A stretch of DNA of 64,000 nucleotides from Euprymna scolopes. Its lineage: Eukaryota. The position numbers and the translations under genes were made by a program. Position 1 is the stretch's first letter, and each line of letters opens with the position of its first letter. Under the pieces are notes generated by a model. It was not told the origin of the DNA. It was given only the letters and a program-made list of their open reading frames with translations, and ran no database searches. The DNA is taken from the NCBI GenBank assembly GCA_053919585.1, contig CM132786.1; one strand, 5' to 3'. Positions 11,600 to 25,365 of this stretch are shown here, one piece after another.

Positions 11600-12060
11600 T
11601 CTTGGCTACAGCAGGTTAATAACAGGTATCTGTGATATTAAGCAGAAAAGTAAAGAAAGAACTAAAAGAAAAATAAATCTATACAAATAATAAATGCTAC
11701 CGTAGCCAATAAAAGATAATTTTATATCTGCCTGGATCATTTGTTTTGGTTTTCAAGTAGTTTTATTGCTCTTTATTTAATCTCAAATTTTAACATGGGG
11801 ATGATGGGGTGTTTATAGTACGCTGGGAAAATTCCAAACAAGCTTGCTTCTTCCAAAAAAGATACCGCCATTTTTTTTTCAAATCCGCTAAAATAAAATG
11901 GATTTTTGAGATTGAAAACCAAAATAAATGAGCCAGGTAGGTATAAACTTAACTTTTATTAGCTACGGTAACATTTATTTCTTGTATGTATTTTTTCGTT
12001 AGTTTTTTTGTTGGCTTATCTGATCTTAAAGTTTCAGTTTTATTGCCTGTGAAAAGTGAT
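11600..12060. mobile_element. MITE-like long inverted repeat
   Basis: 11685-11756 (AATAAATGCTACCGTAGCCAATAAAAG...TTTTGGTTTTCAA) is inverted at 11912-11987, with weaker similarity outward. Ends are approximate. Confidence 0.7.
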
Positions 12061-13029
12061 AACGTACACCCTAACATAACTGTTATAGCTTAATATAGTT
12101 TTTATTTTTTTTATATCCTACCAGTTATTTATCTAAAAAATAAAAATAAATAAAAATTATAGAATTTCATAAAGATTTGTACTTATAAATAAAATATATT
12201 CTGTGTGCGAGTTTGTTCCCCATCGTCTTTGAAACACCTGAGTCGAATTGTTACTGTGTATGGCAATATTCGTAGATAGTTTTTTTTTGTTTTGTTTTTT
12301 GTTTTTTTGGAGAGGGAAATGCCACCGATTACTATTCGTAATCGTATAAAAAACAGTCCTATTTTGCCCCATGGTAATACCTTTATACAAGCCAACATCG
12401 CATGTGCATTGGAGAGTTTTATCACCGAAATAATCAATATGTTCCTTGATAAGAGAGGGGCGTCTTTTTCTTCTTCTTTTTTAGGGCATAATTGATCCAC
12501 GATACTTGACTATTGCATTTTAAATTATAGTTCAAGTCATCATATAAAAATAATCTTATATACGGTCTAAGATAGTCCACAACACATTTTAGCCTAAGTC
12601 ACTGCGGATATTCACGTGAAGCTTCCTTCGGATTAATCGCGATGGCTACCCCGGTAGATCAGGCAATCAATCGAGTTAATGAAAACTGGGCGATTTCCTC
12701 GATTCCGATGACAAATGCATTTGATGTGTGGAGCATTTGTTGATTGTCATTCAAGCCCGGGCAACTCTAGATACATTTGTTAATACATTTAATAAATGTA
12801 ATATGCATTCAATAAAACAGTCACACTATAACGACAATAAATCCAAATTTCTGATCATATATAAAGAATACGGATTATATTTAAAAAAAAAAAAAAAGCT
12901 AAGTGATTTGCTGTCATGGAAGATGACCCGAAACTCACGTTTCATTAGCAGCCTTCCCGATGTGTATAACACAACTATTTTTCCCGTATGTATAATATTG
13001 AAAACACATGTTTGTTTCGTTTAACCTCT

Positions 13030-13188
13030 CTTAACAGTTACTCCACTTGCCCCTGATCCCTCTGTTATAATTCTAAGTGTTTAGAAGTGTTAAACCAAAG
13101 GGAACCAACTATTAGTTTTCTAGTCTTTTGCATGAATCGTTCTCGAATTGAACCCGGCCTCCTTGCCTATCAGCAAACGCTCCTACCT
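13030..13188 (-). mobile_element. Decayed tRNA-derived SINE
   Basis: Minus strand GGTAGGAGCGTTTGCTGATAGGCAAGGAGGCCGGGTTCAATTC (tRNA-like with B box), followed by TCATGCAAAAGACT.... From memory this resembles a conserved metazoan (Meta-type) SINE core, which is unverified. Confidence 0.55.
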
Positions 13189-13944
13189 TTATATCCATTT
13201 GTTTTTTTTAAATAACGCAATTAAAATCTGATTTATGTTTTGTAAAAAAAAATTACTGTAATGGAAAGTAATGTTTAGTACAAATCAGAAACAATCGATA
13301 ATATACTCTTCCGTTTAAGTGTGTTCATGCTCTTATATTTATTTTCTGTAATTTAGAAACGTTTTTATCATGTGGGATTCATCTTTTTTTGTTGTTGTTT
13401 AAAATGACTCCATTCAAAACGACACAACTCACGGCGATTCGCCATCGTTATTTCGAAACCGAATCTCCTTAGTGAAATAGCAAAAACGAATATTTAATAT
13501 AACTTTAAAAAGCGTGTTTTTATACAAAGTCACATTTGACTTATTGTAATATATTTCTATTGGGCAATACCAATCGAATCGACATGCGTTGTAGGTTTAA
13601 AGTGAAATTCCATTTATTTTCAATAATTTACCGCTTGTCACGTTGAACATTCTAGACAAGCAACCAATATAAATAAACTAGTAATATCAATAACAGCGTA
13701 TGTGCTCTTGTCTAAGGTAATGCATTTTTAAATTGAGAATATTATTTTTCAATTATGAGGATAAAATATGACCGAGATCTATAGAGAAACGATATTGCCA
13801 CCTAACTTTAACAAGAAATTGTCATTATAAAATCACAACCAGGGGCTTTGCTTTCGTCCTTAATGTGCCTAAAGTCGTACTTTCTTTCCATGAATAGTTT
13901 CCTTCAATCTGTATAAAATTATCACAGGACTGCTTTCCAGCAGA

Positions 13945-14545
13945 TTTTTTTACATAGGCATCACCTCTTATCAAGGCCAAGAGGCAACTCCAGCATAAGG
14001 GTTAAAGAGTGTACAGTAGAAAATGGACACCATAGTAATTGTTAGTAATAGAAATTCAGTAAATTTGTTAACTTATATGAAACGGCTCGTCAAAAAGTTG
14101 TTTACGTTAGACTTGAAGACTACCATATTGTAGTCAGCTGGAAAGCTGGAAAACGGAAGACAATTTCATAGGCGTGCAGTTCTAAGAAATAATCTTTGCT
14201 CATGGAATCTACGTTTAGGTTTAGTCACAGATAAAGAGTGGGTAGAATTAGTGATAGTGTTTTCTGCTAAACGGGTGTTTCTTTTGAAAGTGTGACGAGG
14301 GGGGGCCATAGATTGGAGCCTAGCTGAGCACTTGTCACAAAAATAATGATAAAGCAGCATCTCTTCTGTGAGAAAGACGTTGCAGGGAAGAGAAAAGCAC
14401 ACCCCCTACGAGGCCAAGAAGTCCATTCTGAACTCTATCAAGGCTGGATAAGTCATTTCCAGAAGCTCCTGCCCAAATATGGCAACAGTATTTCATCACT
14501 GGACGTACCTGGCTCTCACATAGATAGATTATACCTCTTATAATA
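13945..14545 (-). mobile_element. 5'-truncated CR1/L2-group (Daphne-like) LINE, ORF2 C-terminus + 3' UTR + poly(A)
   Basis: Frameshifted translation SQVRPVMKYCCHIWAGAS..LSSLDRVQ..LSHRRDAA..KCS..RTARL*NCLP..FPADYN..FKSNVN is a typical post-RT region. The T-tract at 13945 is the poly(A). Confidence 0.9.
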
Positions 14546-14822
14546 CATGTTAATAATCTCCTGTCACAAATAGCTGTCATCTATTTTATATTTCTTTTAG
14601 GCTGTTTTACTGTCAATTCTGCTTTTCTCAGAAACTACTGGTCTATTCGGCTACAATTTCGCATAGCCATTTGCTCTAAGGTGCAGTGAATAAAGTATTA
14701 TATCTATTTGGTGCACAATAATAGATTAATTAGTAGTATGTAATGCAAAATAGTCGGACAAATGTATGTGTATTCAACCCTCAATTTGTAATAAAGCTCT
14801 CATTTTTAGTAACAAGAAACCC

Positions 14823-15220
14823 CTATATTTCTATAAAAGTGAATGCGTGTGTACATTTCCCCAATCAATAACTGTCAATTTTAAGTCTACAGATTCGAAA
14901 TTTGATATACAGGGTACTGTGATTGGGGAAAATCGTTGTTCGGTTTTCGGTTATAAATTCCACTGTTATGGGGTCAAAGTTCGACGATTTGACCTTTGAG
15001 AACTATACCAAACCCCTCCCACAATGTTGGGTCTAAACACTCGAAAATGTAGATATAAGTTCCTTGGACATGGGTCTCATTTAATAACTGGATTTGAGCC
15101 CCAACCGATAAATGTTAAGGGTTCATAATAGGAGTCAAAGTTTAAAAAATTGACAGCTTTTTTTTTTTTTTCTCAACATGCACCCCCAAACACCCGGGCA
15201 ACGCCGGGATGAAATGCTAG
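14823..15220 (+). mobile_element. Non-autonomous Helitron family H1
   Basis: CTATATTTCTATAAAAGTGAATG start, 3' hairpin CCCGGGCAACGCCGGG then CTAG|T. Confidence 0.88.
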
Positions 15221-16669
15221 TCTTGAAAATAATTATTTTGTATTCTGACTATTAGTTATTTTATTCAACTTACAACTAACAATCTCAGCATTTCGTTAGC
15301 TATTAACATTAGGTTGTTTTCACTTTGGATGTGTCGTGACTTTTATAGAATATGCAACGAGTTATCATCGGCATATTCTGGACAGTTACGTAAATCGCCA
15401 GTAGGTGTGGAGGATTTTTATTTTTACTGCAAACGACTGACAATTTTGAAAACGCTTATAGTTAACAATTAATGAGAAAATATATTAGTACAGACATCGT
15501 AAGGAAGCTTTAATGGTGAAGAAATTTGTTCAGTTTACGATGAAATGTTCACATTACTTCGAAAATCATTTGAAGCCTGGTTTTTTAAACTATCGTGTAC
15601 CTTCATATCGGCTGCTGCGATGTCACTTACGAAACATGTCGCCACATTGTAGCGGTTTACATTATCTGTGAAAATTGCCGCGGATAACATAGTTCGTATT
15701 CCGCCTAATTCTTTAATTTCATACTGCAAGTAAAGCGGAATATTTTGTTGTAGAGTAATTTAAATAGAAATACAATTTTAGACAATGGAATTTTTTAAAA
15801 ATATTTTTAATTTTTAAATCTATTACAGATTCATATTTTGTTTTTGATTTTCAAATTTTAATGTTTCTTAAAAGATTTCGAGACATAATGTTAGTCTTTC
15901 TGATAATTTATTTTTAGTGCAAATTAAATGTAACACAATTTTTTTTTCACAGTGAATGTTTTTTTTTTGTTTTAAGATGTTCGGAAATTACATTCGGTAC
16001 ACAATTTTATTTCGATGTCTTAAAGTTGTCAAAATATTTTATAATTTTATTTGATATTTCCTTTTCCCACTTATACATTTTGATATGGGAAAAAACTATA
16101 GTATATTCTGCGAATATAAAATTGTCAATAGTTTGTAAAACTAGAAAATACTTAGTTATATTTTCATTTATCGATGCCTGTATAATCTATAATGCATTTG
16201 TGTCGTTGATGTGTTTGCTTCTTTCTTGACATAAACGCTCTCGGGAGTCGATATTCATAAATAGGTTTATTTAAAGATCCAGAACGGTCACAGAAAGCAT
16301 AACTGTGAAGAGACTATTTAAAAGTGAAAACACATGGATTTCGTATGGATCAGATGATCGTATTTTTGCATGTTTGTCCTATATCCTTTTTAGGAACACG
16401 GACCGCGTGCAGGTTGCCAACATTTTAATTGAAAATGTTTATTTGGACAGAAGTGGATTCGGAGTTGACACATTTAGGTTTTCAGTTCGTTCCATTAAGC
16501 AGTAAACCACACTCGATAATTTGGGAAATGATAGAGATCCCTAAATATGTATAATAAACACTGTATTAGCAAATATTTGCTTCTGTTACAATGATCCTGG
16601 CAAGACAACAATTTTTCTTTTTTTTTTTTTTTTTTAAGCATATATATAAAAAGTGATTTTATCCCTGTA

Positions 16670-16762
16670 AGGAACGGTCTCTACCAAACTCCTTTTTCAT
16701 TTTTGTCTAGATAATTGTCACTGGTTGTATAAAGTATTTGGACTCGTGAAACAAGATTGATT
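16670..16762. repeat. Unclassified dispersed repeat (copy of 6290-6382)
   Basis: Direct nucleotide similarity. Confidence 0.6.
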
Positions 16763-17314
16763 ATGTCTCTAGGTTGTACAAACAGGTGCTACAGGGGAAA
16801 ATTAACGATTTGAACTTGACAGGCGTAAATCTAATTAAAAACTCTTGTGCGCAAGAGAGTCAAAACTATTAGTTTATGTCCTATGTTGAAAAAATCCTGA
16901 AATAACGCATCGAAAGATGTGATGTATTTATGTGTATTAATATTTAATTAAACAATAGTACGTTACATTTTACAAAAACTAATTCATATGATTTTAAATT
17001 GGGCTGTAAAATACAAAATCTCTTAAACATTAGAAATAGACCAATAACTTAATCTGTAGTTCTTTCAATCATGTTTGTATTACTCTCGTCCCCATCCTCA
17101 TATATTGCACTTTTTTCCATCTCTACGTCTCTCTTATCTTTCGCACGTTAGTGATTGCATCACACTAATGAAAGCATTTGTCAAAATAGCTGGTCCTCAC
17201 ACGCGCTTAGAGATAACAAGGATTTTCATAAAGATATACTTTAACCACAGTGGATTTCTTTACAAAAGTATTGCTTATTTAGGTTTCAGTTATTTTATTT
17301 TACTTTATGGAGAA

Positions 17315-17720
17315 CTAGCATTTCAGCCCGGCGTTGCCCAGGTGGTTGGAGGTGTATGCTGAACAAAGAAAAAAAAACGGTCATTTTTTTTAAACTTTGA
17401 CCCCTATTATGACTCCCTTAACATTTTTTGTTTAGGGCTCAAATCAAGTTAAGTTAGATCCATGTGCACGGAATCTATATCTAAAATTTAAAGTGTCTAG
17501 ACCCAAAATGTGGGAGGAGTTTCGTAGAGTTCTCAAAGGTCAAATCGTTGAATGTTGACCCCTTAACAGCAAAATTTCTGGCCGAAAATCGATCATATAG
17601 ATTTTCCTAAATCTCAGTACCCTGTATATCAAATTTTGCGTCTGTAGACTGCAAATTGACAGTTATTGCGAAGGAAAATGCGCGCAGACACACAGACAAG
17701 TTCACTTTTATAGATATATA
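17315..17720 (-). mobile_element. Non-autonomous Helitron family H1
   Basis: A|CTAG...CCCGGCGTTGCCCAGG, H1 body, TTCACTTTTATAGATATA. Confidence 0.88.
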
Positions 17721-18039
17721 ATTGTGCGGCCAGCAACTTCAGGTGAAGTTTTAAGAGGTGACGCAGAGAATTTGTGATAACATTCACGCATAATGCCTAA
17801 TACATTTGTCTTAACTGACATTCTTCAGAAATAAAATAATTACGATTGCAAATGAAATCTCTACACAAAAAATTCATTAAACTTATCTATTAAAAGAAAC
17901 AGCAAAAGTTATTAATCATACTAAAGCTAAAGTAATTATAATTTCTCCTTTTTTTATTTTTCTTTCCTTTGAAGATTGTAATGCTGGGTATGAGACAGCC
18001 AAACACGGTGCTAACGTTGCGCTGCTTTTTACTGAAACC

Positions 18040-18700
18040 AACCGAAAGCTCATTTTAGTATCCTCGATGTTCCCTTAAGTGCAAGTGTGTGGATCGCTTT
18101 TGCACTTGGTTCACCAAGATTATTAGTTAGATATGATGCCATGTCCTTCTTCCTAAGTCCTGTGCCAGCAATAATAACTGTAATGATTGGTATCTCCTTA
18201 AGACTTCAGTTTCTTTTCATATCATACATGAGACCTTAGTATTTGGTCTGTTTCTCTCTTTCAGCTCTGTTAAGACCGCCATCATTAGGGGCACTCACTT
18301 TAACCAAGGTTGTTACTTTTTCTGACTTCTACCATATAACTATGTCAGGATTCACGGTAGCATTTTTAATGTAGGTGGCTATGGGGATTTCATGGTCGTA
18401 ATGTATGGTATACAAGTCATTTCCAACTGTTCTTCAGGTTGATGTTCCCAGGATTTGCTGCTACATTGGATGTTTATTTTTTTCCAGATGGTCCAGTGGA
18501 GGTACTTAATTACTCCGTCATGTCTCATTGTATAATAGTCATCCCCTAAAAGAACCTTGCAACCTGATACTAGATGAGTCACACTTTCCAATTTCGTGTG
18601 GCAGAATCTACATTTGTTGTCATTAGTGAAACCTGCCATCTTCTTCTATGGATGCTTTTGCTTGTACTTCCTAATACCAAATTCATGCGAAAATATAGCT
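18040..18700 (-). mobile_element. R4/Dong-like (R2-group) non-LTR retrotransposon relic: CCHC knuckle + restriction-like endonuclease
   Basis: KCRFCHTKLESVTHLVSGC...YTMRHDGV..YLHW...WEHQPE, then after a frameshift NPDIVIW...VKVSAPND...EREKQTKY, giving the CCHC, RHD, PD and KxxKY motifs. It contains stops. Confidence 0.88.
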
Positions 18701-18711
18701 TAGTTTAGGGA

Positions 18712-19240
18712 TTTTTTTTTTACATAGGCGTCACCACTTATCAAGACCGATCGGCAACTCAGGGATAAGGGTTAAAGAGTGTAGAGTAGTCAAAAGGACA
18801 ATATAGTAATCAATAGTAATGGAAGTTCGGTAAATTCGTTAACTTAAGTGGAACGGCTCATCAGAAACTTGTTCACGTTGGACTTGAAGACAACCATATT
18901 ATAGAAAGCTGGAAAGCAGGAAAACGGAAGACAATTCCACAGGCGTGCAGTTCTAAGAAAGAAGCTTTGATCATGGAATCTATGTTTAGGTTTAGGCACA
19001 GATAAAGAGTGGGGAAAATTATTGATAATGTTTTCAGCTAGTCTAGTGTTTCTTGTGAAAGTTTGGCGAGGGGGGGCATAGATTGAAGCTCAGTCGAACA
19101 CTTTCCATGAAAATAACGATAAAGCAGATACAAACTCGCAACATCTCTTCTGTGAGATAGAGGTTGCAGCGAAGAGAAAAGGACATCTTCCGCCAGGCCA
19201 CGAAGTCTATTTTGAACCCTATCAAGGCAGGACAAGTCTT
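18712..19240 (-). mobile_element. 5'-truncated CR1/L2-group LINE (same family as 13945)
   Basis: LSCLDRVQNRLRGLAEDVLFSSLQPLSHRRDVASLYLLYRYFHGKCSTELQSM, with the same 3' UTR and poly(A). Confidence 0.9.
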
Positions 19241-20248
19241 GATTACTGTTTGCAAGCATAATATTTATAGATATTTGAACCGTAAACTCTACTTAACTTA
19301 AAATAAGTCTCGCATTTCTCATATCAGTACATATTTATTCATATTTATATTTATTCGACACAATAACTTCATCGATTGAATAACCTTTATATTTGTTTCT
19401 ATGTATTTAGTGATATTACACTTTTTTAGTGATTTTTTTATATAAATGACGCTAGAAAGTAAAACAAACATAACTCATTACGTCTTTTCTGTACAGTGAA
19501 TTATTATATTCTAGTTATGTAAAAACAACATATGAACAGAAATGTCTAATAATAAGTGATTTTGATCCAACGAGCTAGGGGTATGTTTTAATAATTGGAT
19601 GAAAATGTTTATGAAATGTAGAGCTAGTACAAACATATGTTTCCGGCTATAAGTAGTTCAAATTGATTTATAGTATGTGTAAGTAATATATAGGAAACTA
19701 AGAATATAATACTCGGATTCTTGTTCGAAGCCGGTTAAATCTTAAATCATTATGAATCAGCACATAAAAATTTTGATTCTGTTTTGGGCAAGGGTTTTGC
19801 GCGATCACTTTTTCTTAAAATCATATACAGAAATAAATGATAGCAGCCAACGCTCATAATGAAAAACAGTGTGAGAAAATAGACTAAACTAAGCACATGA
19901 AATATGCCTCGGATGGTAGATTGATTATTATTGCTACAAATACAAAATCTCACCTATTATCAGATCCTAGTGTTACCAGATCAGGTTGTCCGAAAAGGAA
20001 ATTCCTGAATGTAACGCACCGCACATCATTGTTATTGTTTTTACCATTTTCTCTCGTAGAACTTTATCATATTCTGCAAGGCCAAATACAAGAACACCCC
20101 TCTCCCCTTTCTCCGTCTCCCTTTTTTTCTTTATTTCTTTTCTTCCTTTCCTACTTCTCAACTGGCCTTCTGAACCAAAACGCACCTAATAATAATACTG
20201 AATAACAATTTGAAAATAAAAGCAACTAGATTGGCTTAGCAATAGTTA

Positions 20249-20500
20249 TTGCCCTGTCGGCTGACGCTATAGAATTCGCCGATTGCGCCTCTGCAGAGGG
20301 TAAAAGCCCGTCAATGAGACAACCTGTTATGCCCTGGGCGGCAGCCCTTGATATCTGGGGACGGGACCCTGGTGGCTGCGCAGCTGATGACTTTGGAAAT
20401 AAAAGGTCATTAATTGAAACATTCCACTTTGGCCCTTACTTGGCCAAGACCGGAAGTCGGAGAAGCTCGATCCAATCCATCGGCTGATCATACCAGTTCT
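20249..20500 (+). mobile_element. GC-rich SINE-like element
   Basis: GC-rich island starting with hairpin TCGGC...GCCGA (TGCCCTGTCGGCTGACGCTATAGAATTCGCCGATTGCGCCTCTGCAGAGGG). It resembles SINE heads from memory, and there is only one copy here. Confidence 0.4.
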
Positions 20501-21893
20501 ACTATATACAACCCATACTAAAACCTAAAACTAACAATTCTTTCAAAATTCAAAAAAAGAATATCGCAAAATCTGAACCTTAAATTAGGAACGAAACTAC
20601 ATGATGGCACTTTATTGGTAGAACTAAAAGGCAAGGATGTCGAATTATTACTCAATATAGAAAAGTTTTGAAAGTAGGTATATATGTTCTTGTATCTTTG
20701 GATTTTATGTCTGGATTTTCGGTTTATGTGGTAATAAAACTCAAGTGCACTTATAATGTTAGGCCTTGTAAGGTGTTAACTTTGTCAAAATCGCTTGTTG
20801 CTTCTTTCATCGGATTGTTTATATCATCGATGACATTTCAATACAAAACTTATTTAGAAGAACGTTCATGCACATAAAGTTCCTTCGTGTGAAATCTCAT
20901 GAAATCCCGCTGTTTTCGAGTCCATAGGGAACAGTAAAACACAGTCTCTTTTATATAGTAGAAAATAGATGAGATAAGGATATTCTGTTTATTCACGATG
21001 TATTAAGATGTGTATACAAAGGCACACAGCAGCTTTAGAATAGCATATATTGTCTGGTTTCTTTCATAACTGTCTTGTGTATACGAAGCCATGATAGGTA
21101 GATATGTGGCACAAGCTGTTACTTATGCAATACTCTCCCCTCCACCTCAGTTAATCTAGGAAAAAGACAAGCGCCGATATACATGGTTGGAGCGGCGTCA
21201 TAGCACTTGCCAAACGGTTTCCGAATACAGCCTCGAAATGTCTTCCAGATTCGGAATTCATATCTTATGCTATTTGATATGCCTCAACCAGTAAGAATTT
21301 TTCTTACAAACAGCAATGTTAATGTGCGTCTGTCCTAAAAATAAGTGATTTTTATCTGCGTTCTCGCCAGACTGTACTTGAATTAATCTGTTAAATGTTG
21401 GGAAATGAAAAATTAGATAAAACATTTAATGACTCTCTATACCGACAGAGAGATAATTAAATTAACCAGAAGAGATACACCTCTCAATTTACTGACACGT
21501 ATACCAATAATTAATGCGTGTGCATTTCCTAGCGAGGAAATGCGGATTTGTCTAGGAGAAATGACTCTCAAAATTAAGTGTTGAGATATTATTTACCACA
21601 TACGTTTTTAATTTATACAGATGTATTTTTCATTTTGTTTTGCTTTCTAATTAAATGGTATTCTCGTATAAAGTTGTAGGATGGAGGTTTCGATTTTCTG
21701 TTTGATAACGTAATAATGATGAAGACTCTTGTTGGGATTTTCTCATTCTGACTTTGTATTGTGTGGATGTTTAATACTTATGTCTGCGTTGATTGTTACT
21801 TTTCACCAATGATTTAAAATAAAATTGTAGACAAACTATATAGGACTTTTCTATATGGCATCATTTAAAAGCAATGACTTTATTATAAATAAT

Positions 21894-22157
21894 AAAAATG
21901 CGAGCATGAAAAGTAATATGATCCAGCTTAAACATGGAAAAGTAAAGGACTAGTTGTTTAAATGGAAAAAGAAAGACAACCTATTTTAGTAAAGAATAAA
22001 TTTATAACTTAAAATATTGCAGCATTAAGAATTGATTATATAATGTTATAAATTGAATTTAAAAAGAATATTCTTAATGCTGCAATATTTTTAACAACTA
22101 TTCATTTACTTTTCCATGTTTAAGTTTAACCATATTACTTTTCATGTTCGCATTTTT
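21894..22157. mobile_element. Foldback MITE with long TIRs
   Basis: AAAAATGCGAGCATGAAAAGTAATATG...CTTAAACATGGAAAAGTAAA and AAAATATTGCAGCATTAAGAAT are both inverted on the right, with an extra ~45-bp segment in the left arm. Confidence 0.8.
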
Positions 22158-23602
22158 CTATTGTAATCCATCATTTTTCCAATAGATTAACTCGGTCTTT
22201 TTTTTTTTGTTGCCCCCATAAACACATGTAATAACAATAACGTTTGGTTTCAATAATTCCCCCCAATTATCTCCCTTTCATGCTTTCATTCGTTCTGTTT
22301 TACTTGTTACTTCTATTTCCGCGACAGCAGTGAATTAGTAGCAAATAATCGTTGAGGCGACGTGCTTGCTATGGAAACAAGTTATAAAAAGCGTCGTTCA
22401 CCTCCTTAGATCGTTTTACGATATTGAACACCAGAATAGTCATCAGAACTTTTGTTTTACTTAGCCAAAATTGAAAATTTATGTTCACAATATTGCCGAG
22501 AAGGTGATCCATAAACTGTTATAATTGTTTGAAATTTGCTCGAAAAATGAGTGATCGGTGAAACTTTATAGCATTTTTAAATGACTAAAACTGACATTTA
22601 ACCATATATCCACGAACACTACCGTGCTTGAATGATATACACTTTATAAATGATTTCATATACATATCTTATATATTTTATACAGGCACTCACGATATTA
22701 GGCTATATAAGGTGTTAACTCCCCTCAAAAACGCCTGTCTCTTTTTTGTCGGCTTTTTCGATTATCGATACTTATCGAAGATATTCTACTTAGAGGCACT
22801 GCCAGATACACCATGTAAACTTATGGCTTAGTCCAGTTTCGCAGTTCATAGGAACGACCTGATTTTTAAGGAAATAGTTCATTTAGTAATGTATAAAAAA
22901 GATCCCATAAAACTATCTTTAATGTGCTTACCAGTTTTCATCTATTGCCGCAACAATCATACATTGCTTAATTTCTCACATCTAAATTAAAATATATCTG
23001 GATAAAAATTCTCATCCATGTATCTGTGAGCTTGCATTTTACACATCATCCCAGTTCGTATGCCACGCTTAACTTATGCAAATACGGCAGTTTTACTGAT
23101 GAATATCAATGATACGTTCTTTCCGTTAGTTTACCAAGCATAATATTCAAATCACATTTCCGCTGGTCTGTCACAAATATTACTGAAATATCATCAGTAG
23201 TGGTCTGTCATGCTTCAGCTTTACGAGTGCCGTAATCGGCAAACGTTCAGCTTGTACGTCCGACCCCTCCCCTAAACTATCATCCCTTTTTTTACGCTAT
23301 GCCAACTTAAATAAACTGCTTCTGGAAAGATATTCGGTAAATTCCAAAATGCATACCTGACAGAAATATTATTAAATACCAGCTATTTCGACGTGTGTTA
23401 CTTAAACATCCCATCTTAAAACGCTTTGGGAGAGGAAAAAGAGAAACGTAAAACAACGAAAAGAAAATGATCTATTACCTTCATCCAAAGAATGAACATG
23501 GTTGCTGCCAATACCACTGACAATCCGTTGGCATCAGTTTTAATGCTAAAGAGTGATTTTTCATTCTTGTATGTTATTACAAAAAAGCAGGTTTCTTATA
23601 TT

Positions 23603-23639
<37 letters not shown>

Positions 23640-24958
23640 ATCCTTTAAAGCATATATTTACAGTTTTATAAGGGTTCGAATTATAAAACATTTAAGCTTT
23701 TTAAAAACTGGTAAAGGTTATAGCCCGTTTATTTACAATGGATGCTTTCTGTCAAATTGCTAGCTGAATACGGTTAGATTTTTATTCATTTCTTCAATAT
23801 TTCTTTACTAATTACAGTCTGTGTTACAAACGGATCCCAAAAAACTTAGTTCGCTTCATCTTATAACAATTGTTCAGAAAAAAATTCAATCATGCTCGCC
23901 TATTTTCCGATAAAAAGTGAAACAGACGGACTAAAAGTAAATAGATATCTAAATTTCCTGTTAATCGCAAATCATAGAAAAGACTTTGCTAGTCTGTCCA
24001 TTTTATTGCTATTTTCATCTTTATTGTTTCACTGAACTCTAATATATAGTCCCGTCTCTATTAAGACATCCACAAATAAATCTCGTGAAGCTAAAACCAA
24101 AGGGAATTGTTTTCTTCTAAGTTCTATCCACTTAAAAATAAAAAAAGAAGAAAAACTGTGCCAAAAGCTAAACCATGTTTCCTTCTTAGAATTGTCTGTT
24201 TGTGGAATACAATACTGTGAGGCTGCTTCTCAAGTCCAATATAAAAATGATTCTTTTACACCCGTTTTCTTAAATAATCAAAGTGTGCCTTTTTTCAGCA
24301 CCTCGTAATTCGCGTTTCTCTAATTTTCTCCTTTATTTCTTACATTTCATGAGCGACAACGGGAAAGAATTGCTGTTTACTTAGTCGAATCTCTACAGGT
24401 AACACTTGTTGTTTGCTAGTTTGTCTTTTACCTTGAACTAGCATTTTATTGTTTAGCTCATTATATCCAGTGCCTTTATATTGTGCCCTGAGCGATGTTC
24501 ATTAAAAAAAACAACAACAAACAAATTCTATCTGACCATTTTCCTTTCCATTACTGTGTTTTCTTTTCAATCGCTTGACTCTCGTTTAACAATTATCCTC
24601 AATTGGTCGTCGGGACTTCATGAGTGGTTACACCTCCATAATGTATCGAAGTGTTTGTGTACGGAATGCATATTTACCCAGAACGGATATTCTTAGATGC
24701 TTTAATTTCGTCTGCGCTGTCACTGATTAAAACATCATATCCGACTAAACGTAACACTTTATTTTAAAATCGTATTCATAAATTGTTCTCTTTTATCTAG
24801 ATCACGTTTTCGCCATGCGCATTTAATCAATGCCAACCCTAATACAAAACTAACCAAAGAACATTTTGTAAGTAAAACAATGAGCTACCTCATCTTTACT
24901 TTGTAGTATTACGTTTAAACTAAAAAGGGCCGAATGCTATATTCATTTTTCATATCTA

Positions 24959-25365
24959 CTAGCATTTTAGCCCGGCGTTGCCTGGGTCTCTCGAGGTGTA
25001 TGTTGAGAAAAAACGGTCAATTTTTTAAAACTTTGACTCCTATTATGGCTCCTTCACATTTGTTTTGGGTTCAAATCCAGTTATTAAGTTAGATCCATGT
25101 CCAAGGAACCGCTATCTAAAATGTCAAGTGTTTAGACCCAAAAATTGGCGGATGAATTTGGTAGAGTTCTCAAACGTCAAATCATTAAACTCTGTCACCT
25201 TAACAGCCAAATTTCTGGCCGAAAAAGTTACAAAGATTTTCCCAAATCTCAGTACCCTGTATATCAAATTTCGAGTCTGTAGACTGAAAATTGACAGTTA
25301 TTGCGTAGGAAAATGTACACAGACACACACACACACATACACGTTCAATTTTATAGATGTATATA
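24959..25365 (-). mobile_element. Non-autonomous Helitron family H1
   Basis: A|CTAGCATTTTAGCCCGGCGTTGCCTGGG and H1 body. The 109-aa ORF here is incidental. Confidence 0.88.

Noticed and set aside
15340-15730. YADD motif and 64-aa ORF on the minus strand as an RT fragment
   Set aside because: No surrounding RT motifs, so likely chance
20870-20962. Possible Helitron 5' end (TCTACTATATAAAA on the minus strand)
   Set aside because: No convincing matching hairpin-CTAG 3' end was found.
22364-22378. RFX X-box-like CTTGCTATGGAAAC
   Set aside because: Single imperfect motif with no adjacent gene, and such motifs are common in TE remnants.
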